A stretch of 64,000 nucleotides of DNA from a virus, in IMG/VR virus record IMGVR_UViG_3300036715_001865, positions 1 to 64,000 of that record. One strand, 5' to 3'. The position numbers and the translations under genes were made by a program. Every line of letters begins with the position of its first letter. Positions within the stretch are counted from its first letter, which is position 1. The notes beneath the pieces are model-generated. The model ran no database searches. It saw only the letters and a list, made by a program, of their open reading frames with translations, and was not told where the DNA came from. Below, one piece after another: positions 46,263-55,446 of the stretch.

Positions 46263-49214
46263 TTATCCAAAACAGAAAGATGCTGCCATACCATATTGAC
46301 CAGGATCATCAGCAACATAATCAAATATTTCAGCTATACATGCATCCATATCTTCTTTTGCAGAAACCCGTAATTCAGCAGCATTAAGAGTAATATTACC
46401 ACTAGCTCCAGGCAATGATCCAAACTTACCTCTAATTTCAGCAAGCATAAGTTTTGCTTCTGCTGTTGCGTATCTACGTATCCAAGGTCTAACATACCTA
46501 TCAACCATCAAATCTTGTTCGGTTCTTTCTACAGAACACTCCAACGTTACATACGGCTCTGAGTATGGGAATCGGTGATGGATCCACAATTCTCTTGTTT
46601 GCTCATTCCAAGTAAATGTCAATTTTGCAGCAAATAATTGCTCCATTGTTTTAGTGTATTCTGTCATAATATGGTATGACAATAAGTCAAATGTTCCCAT
46701 GTTATATAAATGTTGTAATACTATTTGGCCATACGCTCCTGCTCCATGTGCTGAAGCTAAGAATGATGATGTTAATCTATGAATAGCCATAATATCTACA
46801 ATTTTATTAAAATCACCAGTTTTGTTATTGAGAATGTATCGTTGAGTTTCAGCTGACGTTTGCATAAATAAGAATCCTCTTTTATATGCTAACCCAGATT
46901 TTTGGCGCAATTCCCCAATAGTTTTGGTAATAGCATAATCCAACTGTTCATTTGTTAATTCAACATCAACTGCAGGATATCCAAGAGCATATCTCATTTC
47001 AGTCATCAACAACAATCGTTGATCTGCCGACCCATCAGTTCCTATACCCAATTCATTATATGATGGCTCATTTGATACCCCATCAGACCCTGGTTTTGGA
47101 TCATGAAATTGGTGTGGCACTTGCAATGACTTAAATAATGTTCCATCGGTTAAATAGACAAATGATAAGCTACTAGCAGTAGTGTCAGTAAACAACAAAT
47201 TACCACTACAATCTATTTCTACTGAAGCTTTTACAGGTGCAATTTCCCATGATACCCCATTCCAAAGTAACAATTTATTGGTTGATGTGTTAAACCAAGT
47301 TGAACCTTTGGTAGGTGCTGGGCTTGTTGTTGAGAATAACATAGCTACCCATGATACCCCGTTCCACACTTGCAACGATGAAGTTGTAGTATCAAACCAA
47401 TATGTTCCAGTTGGAATATTTGATGGATCTACCAACGCAATTACAGGATGTATAGCATTCCAACTATGAGTCACATCTAAAACCGACCAAGCTGTCAATG
47501 TTGGATTATACCACACAATACCTGGTGGCAATGATGTCATTGGATTTGTTGGATAAGATATAAATTGAACTGGCGTAAAACAATTATTTTTCCAAACACT
47601 CAATTGGTTTAATGTTGGATTATACCACAGTGTACCATAACTAAGTGTTGGGAGAGCTGCGGGATCCGTGGGCTGTTCAAAAAACGAAGTCACGGGAATC
47701 CAAGAATTTGTGAGACTGTCCCACACATTTAATTGGTCTTTTGAAGTATTCCACCATACGGCACAAGATAATTGTTGAGTAGGGTCTTGTGGAAATGATA
47801 TTACATCTAATACGTCCCAAACTAAACCACTCCATTGTTTTAAAACTTGGTGTGCTGGATTGTACCAAAATTTGCCCACAGCCGGCACTGTTGGAGCTTT
47901 TTCTGAAACAGATACATTCTGTTGTAAGTTCCATCCCACTGTTGGCAAATTCCATTCATACAACTGATTAGAAGATTCATCAAACCATAAAGCACCTGCA
48001 GTCAATAACATTGGATCTTCGTGATATTGAATAACATCAGTCATTGTCCACATACTATACACATTATCCCACTTATAAGTGATCATGGATGCAGTATCAT
48101 ACCAAAACGAGCCTACAGTATCTGGCACCTGTGTTGATGGATCTATCGTTGAAATAATAGTAACAGATTTACACCAAGTAGTACCATTCCAATAATATCC
48201 ATTAATACCATCAAACCAATATGATTTATCTGTAATTGGATGTAATGGGTCAAATGTTGATGTAATTACAATATCTACTACCCAAGTTCCAGTAACCCAA
48301 TGTTGTAACACTTTTGTATCAGAATTGAGCCAATATGTGCCGTCAATAACCAAATTGGGCGCAGTTGGTTGAACAATCACAGAAATAGGAACATTGTGTG
48401 ATCCAGTCCATTGATACAACGTTGATGATGTTGTGTCCCAGTAAAATGCACCAGTATTGGGGGCATAAGGACCTTGTACACTACCGTCAACCAGCGCCAA
48501 TCCCTTATTAAGTTCATTTAATAACCCAGAATATCTTTCAGATTTAGATCCAGACACCTGAATTGTGTATTTATTTGGTATAGGTCTGCAATATAACGGG
48601 TCAATTGGTGTTTTGGCTTTTGGTACCAATCCCAATTGAACATGAAAATCATAAGTGATTCCATTCATCAACCCAGTGAAGTCATTAGGTGTGATCCCTT
48701 GTGTATCATTTAATACAACAATTTGTGTTCCTTTGGTTCCTTGTGTCCCTTTATTGATATAATCAAGGGAATATGCATGAATGCCTTCAATGAAGTATCT
48801 ATATTCACAATCAACTGGATACCCTGAAACGTAGTATGGTGTATTGGGAGTTAATCCTGATATATCAAAAAATGTTGTAGTTCTATCCCCATAAAAAGAA
48901 CCAACAACAAGGGCTGTTCCAATTTTGTCACCAGCAAAAAGATTACTATCAGCTGTTGGGTCTGAGTTATATAATATTCCTCGTACAGGTATTTTAGTAA
49001 CGGCAGCAGGAGTATTATCTATAGTAACAACAATTCCACAATATGCTTGATCGTTTGCTGCACACCCTGTAGCTGGTGTTGGAATATTCCAACTAATTCG
49101 TCCAGTTGATGGCCCGGTTCTATCAAATTTAATTGACATATTAAGAGATTCTACTCTTAACAATCCAGGGGCATCAGTTCTTATATCATATGTTCCCATG
49201 TAAATATATTCCAA
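46263..49214 (-). CDS. gp13: Neck protein gp13-like with a large N-terminal extension and ~11 Trp-rich repeats
   Basis: C-terminal LGYPAVDVELT.EQL..AI...W.RRYA.A.AK..L..IRGKF..LPG...TLN; central G..W(Y/F)(D/N)......L..W.G..W repeats. Confidence 0.75.
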   Translation of the reverse strand: MEYIYMGTYDIRTDAPGLLRVESLNMSIKFDRTGPSTGRISWNIPTPATGCAANDQAYCGIVVTIDNTPAAVTKIPVRGILYNSDPTADSNLFAGDKIGTALVVGSFYGDRTTTFFDISGLTPNTPYYVSGYPVDCEYRYFIEGIHAYSLDYINKGTQGTKGTQIVVLNDTQGITPNDFTGLMNGITYDFHVQLGLVPKAKTPIDPLYCRPIPNKYTIQVSGSKSERYSGLLNELNKGLALVDGSVQGPYAPNTGAFYWDTTSSTLYQWTGSHNVPISVIVQPTAPNLVIDGTYWLNSDTKVLQHWVTGTWVVDIVITSTFDPLHPITDKSYWFDGINGYYWNGTTWCKSVTIISTIDPSTQVPDTVGSFWYDTASMITYKWDNVYSMWTMTDVIQYHEDPMLLTAGALWFDESSNQLYEWNLPTVGWNLQQNVSVSEKAPTVPAVGKFWYNPAHQVLKQWSGLVWDVLDVISFPQDPTQQLSCAVWWNTSKDQLNVWDSLTNSWIPVTSFFEQPTDPAALPTLSYGTLWYNPTLNQLSVWKNNCFTPVQFISYPTNPMTSLPPGIVWYNPTLTAWSVLDVTHSWNAIHPVIALVDPSNIPTGTYWFDTTTSSLQVWNGVSWVAMLFSTTSPAPTKGSTWFNTSTNKLLLWNGVSWEIAPVKASVEIDCSGNLLFTDTTASSLSFVYLTDGTLFKSLQVPHQFHDPKPGSDGVSNEPSYNELGIGTDGSADQRLLLMTEMRYALGYPAVDVELTNEQLDYAITKTIGELRQKSGLAYKRGFLFMQTSAETQRYILNNKTGDFNKIVDIMAIHRLTSSFLASAHGAGAYGQIVLQHLYNMGTFDLLSYHIMTEYTKTMEQLFAAKLTFTWNEQTRELWIHHRFPYSEPYVTLECSVERTEQDLMVDRYVRPWIRRYATAEAKLMLAEIRGKFGSLPGASGNITLNAAELRVSAKEDMDACIAEIFDYVADDPGQYGMAASFCFG

Positions 49215-49227
49215 GTTAGGTATATAG

Positions 49228-49569
49228 TTATTTATACCCGACCGTATGAACTATTGTAGAATGTGATTCGATGAATTTATTAAATTTTTTCGCGGGGATA
49301 GAAATTGGAAAAAGGGTTGTCTCATCAACCTGAGACAACCCTTTGAATGATACTGATACAGGGGTTGGTGCGTATTTATCGGTACAATCCCACTCAACAA
49401 CTAACATATTTTTTGGTTTTAATTTAAACGTATGTTCACCTTCATTAATTTTTAAGGCACAATAATCGCTTATTTTATATTCAACTGTTGATATTGGGGT
49501 ATTATCAATTGCTGATATCAATTGTTCTCTACTTTCTAGTAAAAATTGTTTAAATGTAAGTTTTGACAT
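49228..49569 (-). CDS. Hypothetical protein with CTS-like N-terminus
   Basis: MSKLTFKQFLLE. Confidence 0.7.
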   Translation of the reverse strand: MSKLTFKQFLLESREQLISAIDNTPISTVEYKISDYCALKINEGEHTFKLKPKNMLVVEWDCTDKYAPTPVSVSFKGLSQVDETTLFPISIPAKKFNKFIESHSTIVHTVGYK

Positions 49570-49610
49570 AATTATAGATGTGCTGGTTATATCTTATTTA
49601 GTACAGCACC

Positions 49611-50483
49611 CTATTTTGTGTTCCAGGGGATTGGTATGTTGTTACTTTGTAACAACTGTTCATATTCTAGTTTGGTCCACTTATTAGCTTGTTGAATTAT
49701 TGGCTCAGCTTCTGGCCATCTACCTTGAATAACATCTCTAGCATACCACACAGCAGCCTGTGGGTCGGTAATAATCCTAGCCTCTAACTGTTTATATCTT
49801 GTGAATGGTCTAGTTTTGGCTTTTCTGTATGCTTCCATTGGAGACATTTCTTGATGCCCGACAGTACTAACATGCGAATTTCTAATGGTTGCAATATGAT
49901 TAATTACTGAAGTGGAGAAAAATACAGCCATACTAGGTTCGTTCGGATTGACTATACCTTGCCCATTATCTATTACCCCTTCAATACCTACAGCACGTAA
50001 GTCTTTACGCAACTTAATAGAAATTTCAGAATTACTCATACCTTTATTTTTAAATTTTGGATACTGACCCAACCACACCGATTTAGCATCTTGCTTTGTT
50101 AATCGCTTGCTAATAGCTCCAACACTAGCTAATTTCTGTTTAATTTCTGGTGTTTGGCTACTGTTTGATAGAACCCATATGTTAGATCTGGTTGGAATAC
50201 TAAACACTTGAATGAATGGGGAACCACCTGCCCAAGGAATTTGGTCATGTTGATGAGATCTTATCACAAAATCAATTGGATATGAATAAATTCCTAAGGG
50301 AGTTTGAAATGAACTCCCTGGATTTATTCCTAATTTATTAATTTGGGTGAATGATACAAACAGGTTAGTAGGATCATCTGATTGGTCTCTTATATCAATT
50401 AATTGATCTGTTACTGATGTTCTAGTATTTTGATCTGGATTTTTTCTTGCTTCAATTAAAAATTCAATAAATGTGGGTTTCAT
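49611..50483 (-). CDS. Hypothetical protein with CTS-like N-terminus
   Basis: MKPTFIEFLIE; late promoter at 50511-50518. Confidence 0.75.
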   Translation of the reverse strand: MKPTFIEFLIEARKNPDQNTRTSVTDQLIDIRDQSDDPTNLFVSFTQINKLGINPGSSFQTPLGIYSYPIDFVIRSHQHDQIPWAGGSPFIQVFSIPTRSNIWVLSNSSQTPEIKQKLASVGAISKRLTKQDAKSVWLGQYPKFKNKGMSNSEISIKLRKDLRAVGIEGVIDNGQGIVNPNEPSMAVFFSTSVINHIATIRNSHVSTVGHQEMSPMEAYRKAKTRPFTRYKQLEARIITDPQAAVWYARDVIQGRWPEAEPIIQQANKWTKLEYEQLLQSNNIPIPWNTK

Positions 50484-50536
50484 TTGTGTACCTACCTGTT
50501 GTTGTGTAGGTATTTATACGGCCACCAAATGATTTG

Positions 50537-50989
50537 TTACTTACCAAACCAGATATGCGCAGGCTTCACTGCACATATAACACCCCACCTGTGATCGACA
50601 TAACCCCAATCTTCGACAAACACCCGCCAACCTAATTTATTACTACCATCATGGTCGAGATTTCTATCCCAACCAACACATTCTACTGTGGATGATTCAG
50701 GTGACTGTAACCATTTCCACACCTCTTGTATAGTTTCGTCTGCTGTTAAATCTGTTGGATGTCGGACAAACCCATCCCACGTTTCATCAGCATACCACAA
50801 AGCATCATCTGATACTTCGTCAAATATTTCATCAAAATCCATATTACCCATAATACCAGCCCACCAACTCATACCTCTTGGTGGAAGAGGGATAGGTTTC
50901 CCAGCTCTGGCCATATCAGCCCACTCTCCAACAAACCCTCTAATACAAATCATTTGTTGTATCGGTCCTGTTAATTGTTCTAATTTCAT
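50537..50989 (-). CDS. Hypothetical Trp-rich protein (150 aa)
   Basis: AAGGA RBS; late promoter at 51021-51028. Confidence 0.7.
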   Translation of the reverse strand: MKLEQLTGPIQQMICIRGFVGEWADMARAGKPIPLPPRGMSWWAGIMGNMDFDEIFDEVSDDALWYADETWDGFVRHPTDLTADETIQEVWKWLQSPESSTVECVGWDRNLDHDGSNKLGWRVFVEDWGYVDHRWGVICAVKPAHIWFGK

Positions 50990-51019
50990 AGTATTTCCTT
51001 GTTTCTGTAAGTTATTGAA

Positions 51020-51136
51020 TTATTTATATAACAACCCATACTCCTTAAAAATATCAGGAACAAACTCTTTTAATTTATCTTTGCTCCCAATATTCTCTCT
51101 CCAACCTAACATTTGTAAGTTATCAGGATGAGCACA
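51020..51136 (-). pseudogene. Out-of-frame C-terminal remnant of an HNH endonuclease
   Basis: Reads CAHPDNLQMLGWRENIGSKDKLKEFVPDIFKEYGLLYK*, homologous to CADDSNLQMIGWLENVGSRNHIK inside E6 (~51990-52091). Confidence 0.75.
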
Positions 51137-52772
51137 TACTAAATTTTAATGTTCCACAATCCCACACTCTATAAAAACCATGATTAACCATGTTTTGATA
51201 CTCAGTTAATGTGGCGTCATAATTTGGTAGGGTATTTTTAATAATATCTTTTCTATAGTTCCATCTATGTTTCCGCTGCCCGTTTACCACATAAAAATAT
51301 GCTGGAGGATTAGTTGCTACTAAATTGAACCCCAGTTGGTAATACATATTACCAACGCTCCACCGTATGTCAGCAAAACTATATATTTCTTTCCAACTGT
51401 GATTTCTCTTAAAATGGGTCAATAATTTAGATGCTATCCCCGGAATACGGTAGTCAACATCTGTACAAAATCTACTTAATTCCCATATCCCTTCTTTTGA
51501 TTTTGTTTTATCTTTTTGTCCCAAAGCTACTCTAGGTGAAGTCCATGTCATGACAGATATTAATTTATCGTTATAATATGCTCCGTAACACAACTGAGAA
51601 TTATCATTCCCCTGAACGTGGTTGGCATTCAATAACGATTTTTTTTCTTCAGGTGTACAATATTTAATGACACAATTACGAGCATGTATTTTTTCAGCAC
51701 TTCCTGTAAATGTGTAATGTTTTAATTTTGCGGTCAATAAATCAACATTTTCCATTTCGTCCTCAAACAATACAATAAAAGGTGTAGCAGATTCTTTAAA
51801 TGCTTTATATATAGCCAACCCACTTTTTAAATTCGCATACGATTTGTCCAATGGCAGTACTATAATAGCTCTATTTGAAGCTTCATCATACACTGTCACA
51901 ATAATATCAGCAATTTTTATAAAAGGTTTGCTATTAGGAAATATACCCATCAATGTTTTAGCGTACTGTTCCAATTTTGTATTAGTTGAAATAAACTGAA
52001 AAAACAACGGAGGGATAGTTCCTTTAATATGATTTCGAGAGCCAACATTTTCCAACCATCCAATCATTTGAAGATTAGAATCGTCAGCACACATCTCAGG
52101 TGGGATATTATTATCAAAACAAAACCGTTTAGGTACAATATGGTCTAAATGATACGCTCCATCTACACCTGCTTTCCCTCGTTTTAAATTAAGGGGATTA
52201 ATCTTTTTCTTATGCTTTTTATATACTTGTTCCGTCAAAGCTGTTACAGTAGCCTTATATTGTTGCCATTCTGTAGCAGTTTCTTTCCATTTAGCTGAAT
52301 TTGCCTTTGACCAAGCTGTTAATGGAGCAACTCTTTTCAATGGTCCACACACTCCACATTCTACTTCCATTTCTAATAAATTAGTTGGAGTACAATGAAA
52401 TTCGTGGCCACAATGGATATTTTTAACTAACAATTTAGAGTAAGTGTTTTCGTTTAATAAATGCCTACGACCATCATAATTTGGTGTTAGTATTATTATT
52501 CCTCTTTCTAATAATTTTTTCAAATTTAAATCCCTAGAAATAGAATATTTCTGGTCTCTTTTGTTAGTATTACAGGTAGGACATCCAGATACTCCATATT
52601 TTTTATATGTTTGTCTTTTGGATAAAGGAGTAGCAGTCCATATATGATTACAGGTCATACATTGCATTTTGTGGTGTTTTTTAGTTCCAATAAATGGTTC
52701 TAAAAGTTTAATGTGGTTTTCAGTTTCTAACAATAATGGATAATTATTATTAAATTCTCCTTCTTTTGGCAT
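51123..52772 (-). CDS. Free-standing endonuclease E6: CxxC zinc fingers + HNH + degenerate Vsr-like + GNAT/Mom-like
   Basis: YHLDHIVP...NLQMI...EN HNH motif; the Vsr ExxGxxWH is replaced by IIVLPLDKSY; WELSRF...GIASKL...IYSFADIRWSVGNMYYQLGF. Confidence 0.8.
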   Translation of the reverse strand: MPKEGEFNNNYPLLLETENHIKLLEPFIGTKKHHKMQCMTCNHIWTATPLSKRQTYKKYGVSGCPTCNTNKRDQKYSISRDLNLKKLLERGIIILTPNYDGRRHLLNENTYSKLLVKNIHCGHEFHCTPTNLLEMEVECGVCGPLKRVAPLTAWSKANSAKWKETATEWQQYKATVTALTEQVYKKHKKKINPLNLKRGKAGVDGAYHLDHIVPKRFCFDNNIPPEMCADDSNLQMIGWLENVGSRNHIKGTIPPLFFQFISTNTKLEQYAKTLMGIFPNSKPFIKIADIIVTVYDEASNRAIIVLPLDKSYANLKSGLAIYKAFKESATPFIVLFEDEMENVDLLTAKLKHYTFTGSAEKIHARNCVIKYCTPEEKKSLLNANHVQGNDNSQLCYGAYYNDKLISVMTWTSPRVALGQKDKTKSKEGIWELSRFCTDVDYRIPGIASKLLTHFKRNHSWKEIYSFADIRWSVGNMYYQLGFNLVATNPPAYFYVVNGQRKHRWNYRKDIIKNTLPNYDATLTEYQNMVNHGFYRVWDCGTLKFSMCSS

Positions 52773-52798
52773 AATATTTTCTCCTGGGGTTTACTGAT

Positions 52799-52827
52799 AT
52801 TATACCTTATTTATGATTATATTTCAA
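52799..52827 (-). promoter_or_regulatory. Promoter TTGAAA-17-TATAAT for E6, with CATAAATA inside the spacer
   Basis: -35 at 52822-52827, -10 at 52799-52804. Confidence 0.65.
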
Positions 52828-52863
52828 CTCCTTACTAGTCGTTGGAGTTTCCTAGGAGATGAT

Positions 52864-52892
52864 TTAAAACCCCGCAAAATGCGGGGTTTTAA
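52864..52892. terminator. Terminator after the major capsid gene
   Basis: TTAAAACCCCGC-AAAAT-GCGGGGTTTTAA. Confidence 0.85.
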
Positions 52893-52904
52893 GGGGGGTA
52901 AAGA

Positions 52905-54332
52905 TTAAGCGAATTGGAAATTGCTTACATTAATTTTACCGTAGTAGTCGGCACTGTTTCCCAAAGATGTTTGGCTTTGAGTGAATGCTGTTTTACCGTA
53001 ACGAGTCATCATAGAAACAACTGGTTGGAAGGTAACTGGGCTGATAACAACACCAGAAGACATCAATGGAATGTAAGGGCAGTAGAAGTAACCAGTATCA
53101 GTTTCTCCATTTCCACCTTTGTAACCAACTAAGATTACGTCATTAACAGCAGCACCTAAGCCAGAGACTTGGTTCCACAAATATGAGTAAACTTTGATAG
53201 TACCGTTCAGAGTACCAACTAACATTGTGTTGTTAGGACCTTTGAATGAACCAGATACAGCAGGAGCAAAAACTGATTTTGCAGCTGATTGTAAAATAGA
53301 AACAACCATTGGAGAAACAACGATAAAGTTACCTGGGCCACGACGAGTCTTACGAGCAATTTCGTTTGCTACTGCGTTGATAACGATTCCCAAGTTAGCA
53401 AAACGATCACCCAAGTAAGCAGGTTGGTATTGAGGACCCAAACCGATAGTTGCGTAGTCATAAGTACCAACAGTACCAGCCAATGCAATCAAGTCAGATA
53501 AAATTTCAGAGTCAATTTCTTGTACGATTTCAGCAGAAACCACTTGAGACAATTCACTTTCAAGATCCAAACCGTGTTGTGATTTTAAATCTTGCATAGC
53601 TTCAATAGTCCAACCAGCTTGCAATTTACGAGTACCAGCTTCAACAGCTTGAGAAATAACTTCCAACTTCATAGTACGACCACCAGATCCTTCAATGAAA
53701 GAACCAGAACCACCATACAAACGACCAGCATAAGATTGACCCATTTGGTCAGGACCGTAAGGACCGAACAAAGAGTTGTCATAAGCAGGTAAGCTTGATG
53801 GCCAAGCACCTTTAGAAGCAGCAGCACTAATTGCTACAGGACCTGAAGTTCCATCAGTACCAGTAGAAGAAATACCACCTGCACCAGCAGCTTGAGCATC
53901 AGGAGTACCAGCAACAGCACCAGCACCACTTGAGTAAAATTGACGTAGAGCAGGGTTGTTACCAAATAGCTCATCGTTAGCAGTAATGTTAGCAGCATTT
54001 GCAGCTCCCCATGGAGTAGCTGGAGTACTAGTAACAGATTCACCGTATTTGTAACGCATTGTGTAAACCAAGCCAACTGGACCTTGCATTGGTTGAACAC
54101 CAACGATTTCAGTTGCAATTGTACCTGGGATGATACGACGTATCATTGGGATTAAGATTTTACGGAAACCAGCGATGTCATTAGCTGCAACTGCACCTGA
54201 TGCTGCTGTTTCTGTTAAAATGTGATTTTTTTGGTTTTCAAGTAAAGTACCAACGATTCCTCTTTTGTGGGAATCTAACCCATCAAGAAGGGCGTCTTTA
54301 ACTTCTGACCAATTTTCGAATAATTCATTCAT
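52905..54332 (-). CDS. gp23: Major capsid protein (start MNELFE at 54332)
   Basis: LIPMIRR..P..IA.EIVGVQPM.GP.GL; V.A.TRKL.A.WT.E..QDL...HGLD.E.EL; GY.YCPYIPL; TRYG. Confidence 0.97.
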   Translation of the reverse strand: MNELFENWSEVKDALLDGLDSHKRGIVGTLLENQKNHILTETAASGAVAANDIAGFRKILIPMIRRIIPGTIATEIVGVQPMQGPVGLVYTMRYKYGESVTSTPATPWGAANAANITANDELFGNNPALRQFYSSGAGAVAGTPDAQAAGAGGISSTGTDGTSGPVAISAAASKGAWPSSLPAYDNSLFGPYGPDQMGQSYAGRLYGGSGSFIEGSGGRTMKLEVISQAVEAGTRKLQAGWTIEAMQDLKSQHGLDLESELSQVVSAEIVQEIDSEILSDLIALAGTVGTYDYATIGLGPQYQPAYLGDRFANLGIVINAVANEIARKTRRGPGNFIVVSPMVVSILQSAAKSVFAPAVSGSFKGPNNTMLVGTLNGTIKVYSYLWNQVSGLGAAVNDVILVGYKGGNGETDTGYFYCPYIPLMSSGVVISPVTFQPVVSMMTRYGKTAFTQSQTSLGNSADYYGKINVSNFQFA

Positions 54333-54384
54333 TGTGTTTGCTCCTTGCAAAATAATAGCTTAGTTTTATTGTTTAAGTTTTGTG

Positions 54385-55320
54385 TTACTCAATACCTGCG
54401 ATTTTACGCAGTTGAGCTTTTTCGGCATCAGAAATAGAAGAAACTGATTGACGATCTTTGTGGTCAATAGCTGCCTCAGTGATCATTTGTTCTTGATTGT
54501 TTCCATTTCTAACAGTGCCTGTTACTTTTTTTGTTTTATTACCTTCAGCTAGTACTTTGTGTTCCTTCCCTGAAGCTGTTGATTCGTCTGATTCTTTCAA
54601 CACACGTCCAACGTAAACCTGGTAAGCGTCTTCCAATAAAGATGTATCAACATTTTTCAGAATAGCTTCCATTACTTCTTTTGTACGGCCTGATAATGGT
54701 TGTAACACTTTTTCCATTTTCATGCTTCTTTCTAAACGCGCAGTTTTTCTTTCTGATTCTTCCAAAGCAGATAGTGCATCTTCCAAGCGATATTCTGCTT
54801 CAGTAAGTGCTGCTTCAGTGGAATTATCACCAGCATAATGCTGTTTAAATTCTTTTACAAATGCTTCAAAAACATTTCTACCGAATTCATTTTTCTTAAC
54901 TACTTCAAAGTCTTCACGCAATTCGTTCAACTCAGTAGCTAATCTAACTTCAAAAAATGTATCCATTTTTTCGACTAATTGGCCCATGTCTTTTTTCAAG
55001 ACTCTTGCCATATTAGATTTAGTTTCAACTAATTTAGTTGCATATTCAGTTTCCAAATCTCTGAAGCGTTCAATATCTTCACGCAATTCATTCAATTCGT
55101 CTGTCAATGCTTCTGTTACTTTCGCGTCCAATGCTTCGATTAAAGTTTCTCTTTCTTCAATCCACTGTTCGTTCAATTTAGCAGTTACCAATGCTGTAGC
55201 ATTAGCACGAGCTTCATCAATAGTTTCAGTCAGCTGTTTTGCAAACGCGGATTCCAATTCTGCTTTGGTATCTTCTGTCAAAATATCTGCTGCTAACAAT
55301 TTTTTAAGCAGTTCGTTCAT
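54385..55320 (-). CDS. gp22: Prohead core scaffold protein (start MNELLK at 55320)
   Basis: Acidic coiled coil between the protease and MCP genes; many LxE sites; late promoter at 55424-55431. Confidence 0.8.
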   Translation of the reverse strand: MNELLKKLLAADILTEDTKAELESAFAKQLTETIDEARANATALVTAKLNEQWIEERETLIEALDAKVTEALTDELNELREDIERFRDLETEYATKLVETKSNMARVLKKDMGQLVEKMDTFFEVRLATELNELREDFEVVKKNEFGRNVFEAFVKEFKQHYAGDNSTEAALTEAEYRLEDALSALEESERKTARLERSMKMEKVLQPLSGRTKEVMEAILKNVDTSLLEDAYQVYVGRVLKESDESTASGKEHKVLAEGNKTKKVTGTVRNGNNQEQMITEAAIDHKDRQSVSSISDAEKAQLRKIAGIE

Positions 55321-55446
55321 ATTAAAATCTCCTTTGTTCCTATTATGTTGAATATTTATGGTACCTCCCATTCTTTCACAAGAAAATGTTTTCATACCAT
55401 AAGTGGACCACACAGTATATGCATATTTATACTGAGTGATGCTTTT

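Noticed and set aside
52830-52860. RBS-sequestering hairpin for E6
   Set aside because: The anti-RBS TCTCCT is ~70 nt upstream and a competing AACTCC/GGAGTT stem exists, so it is too ambiguous to count with E1-E4.
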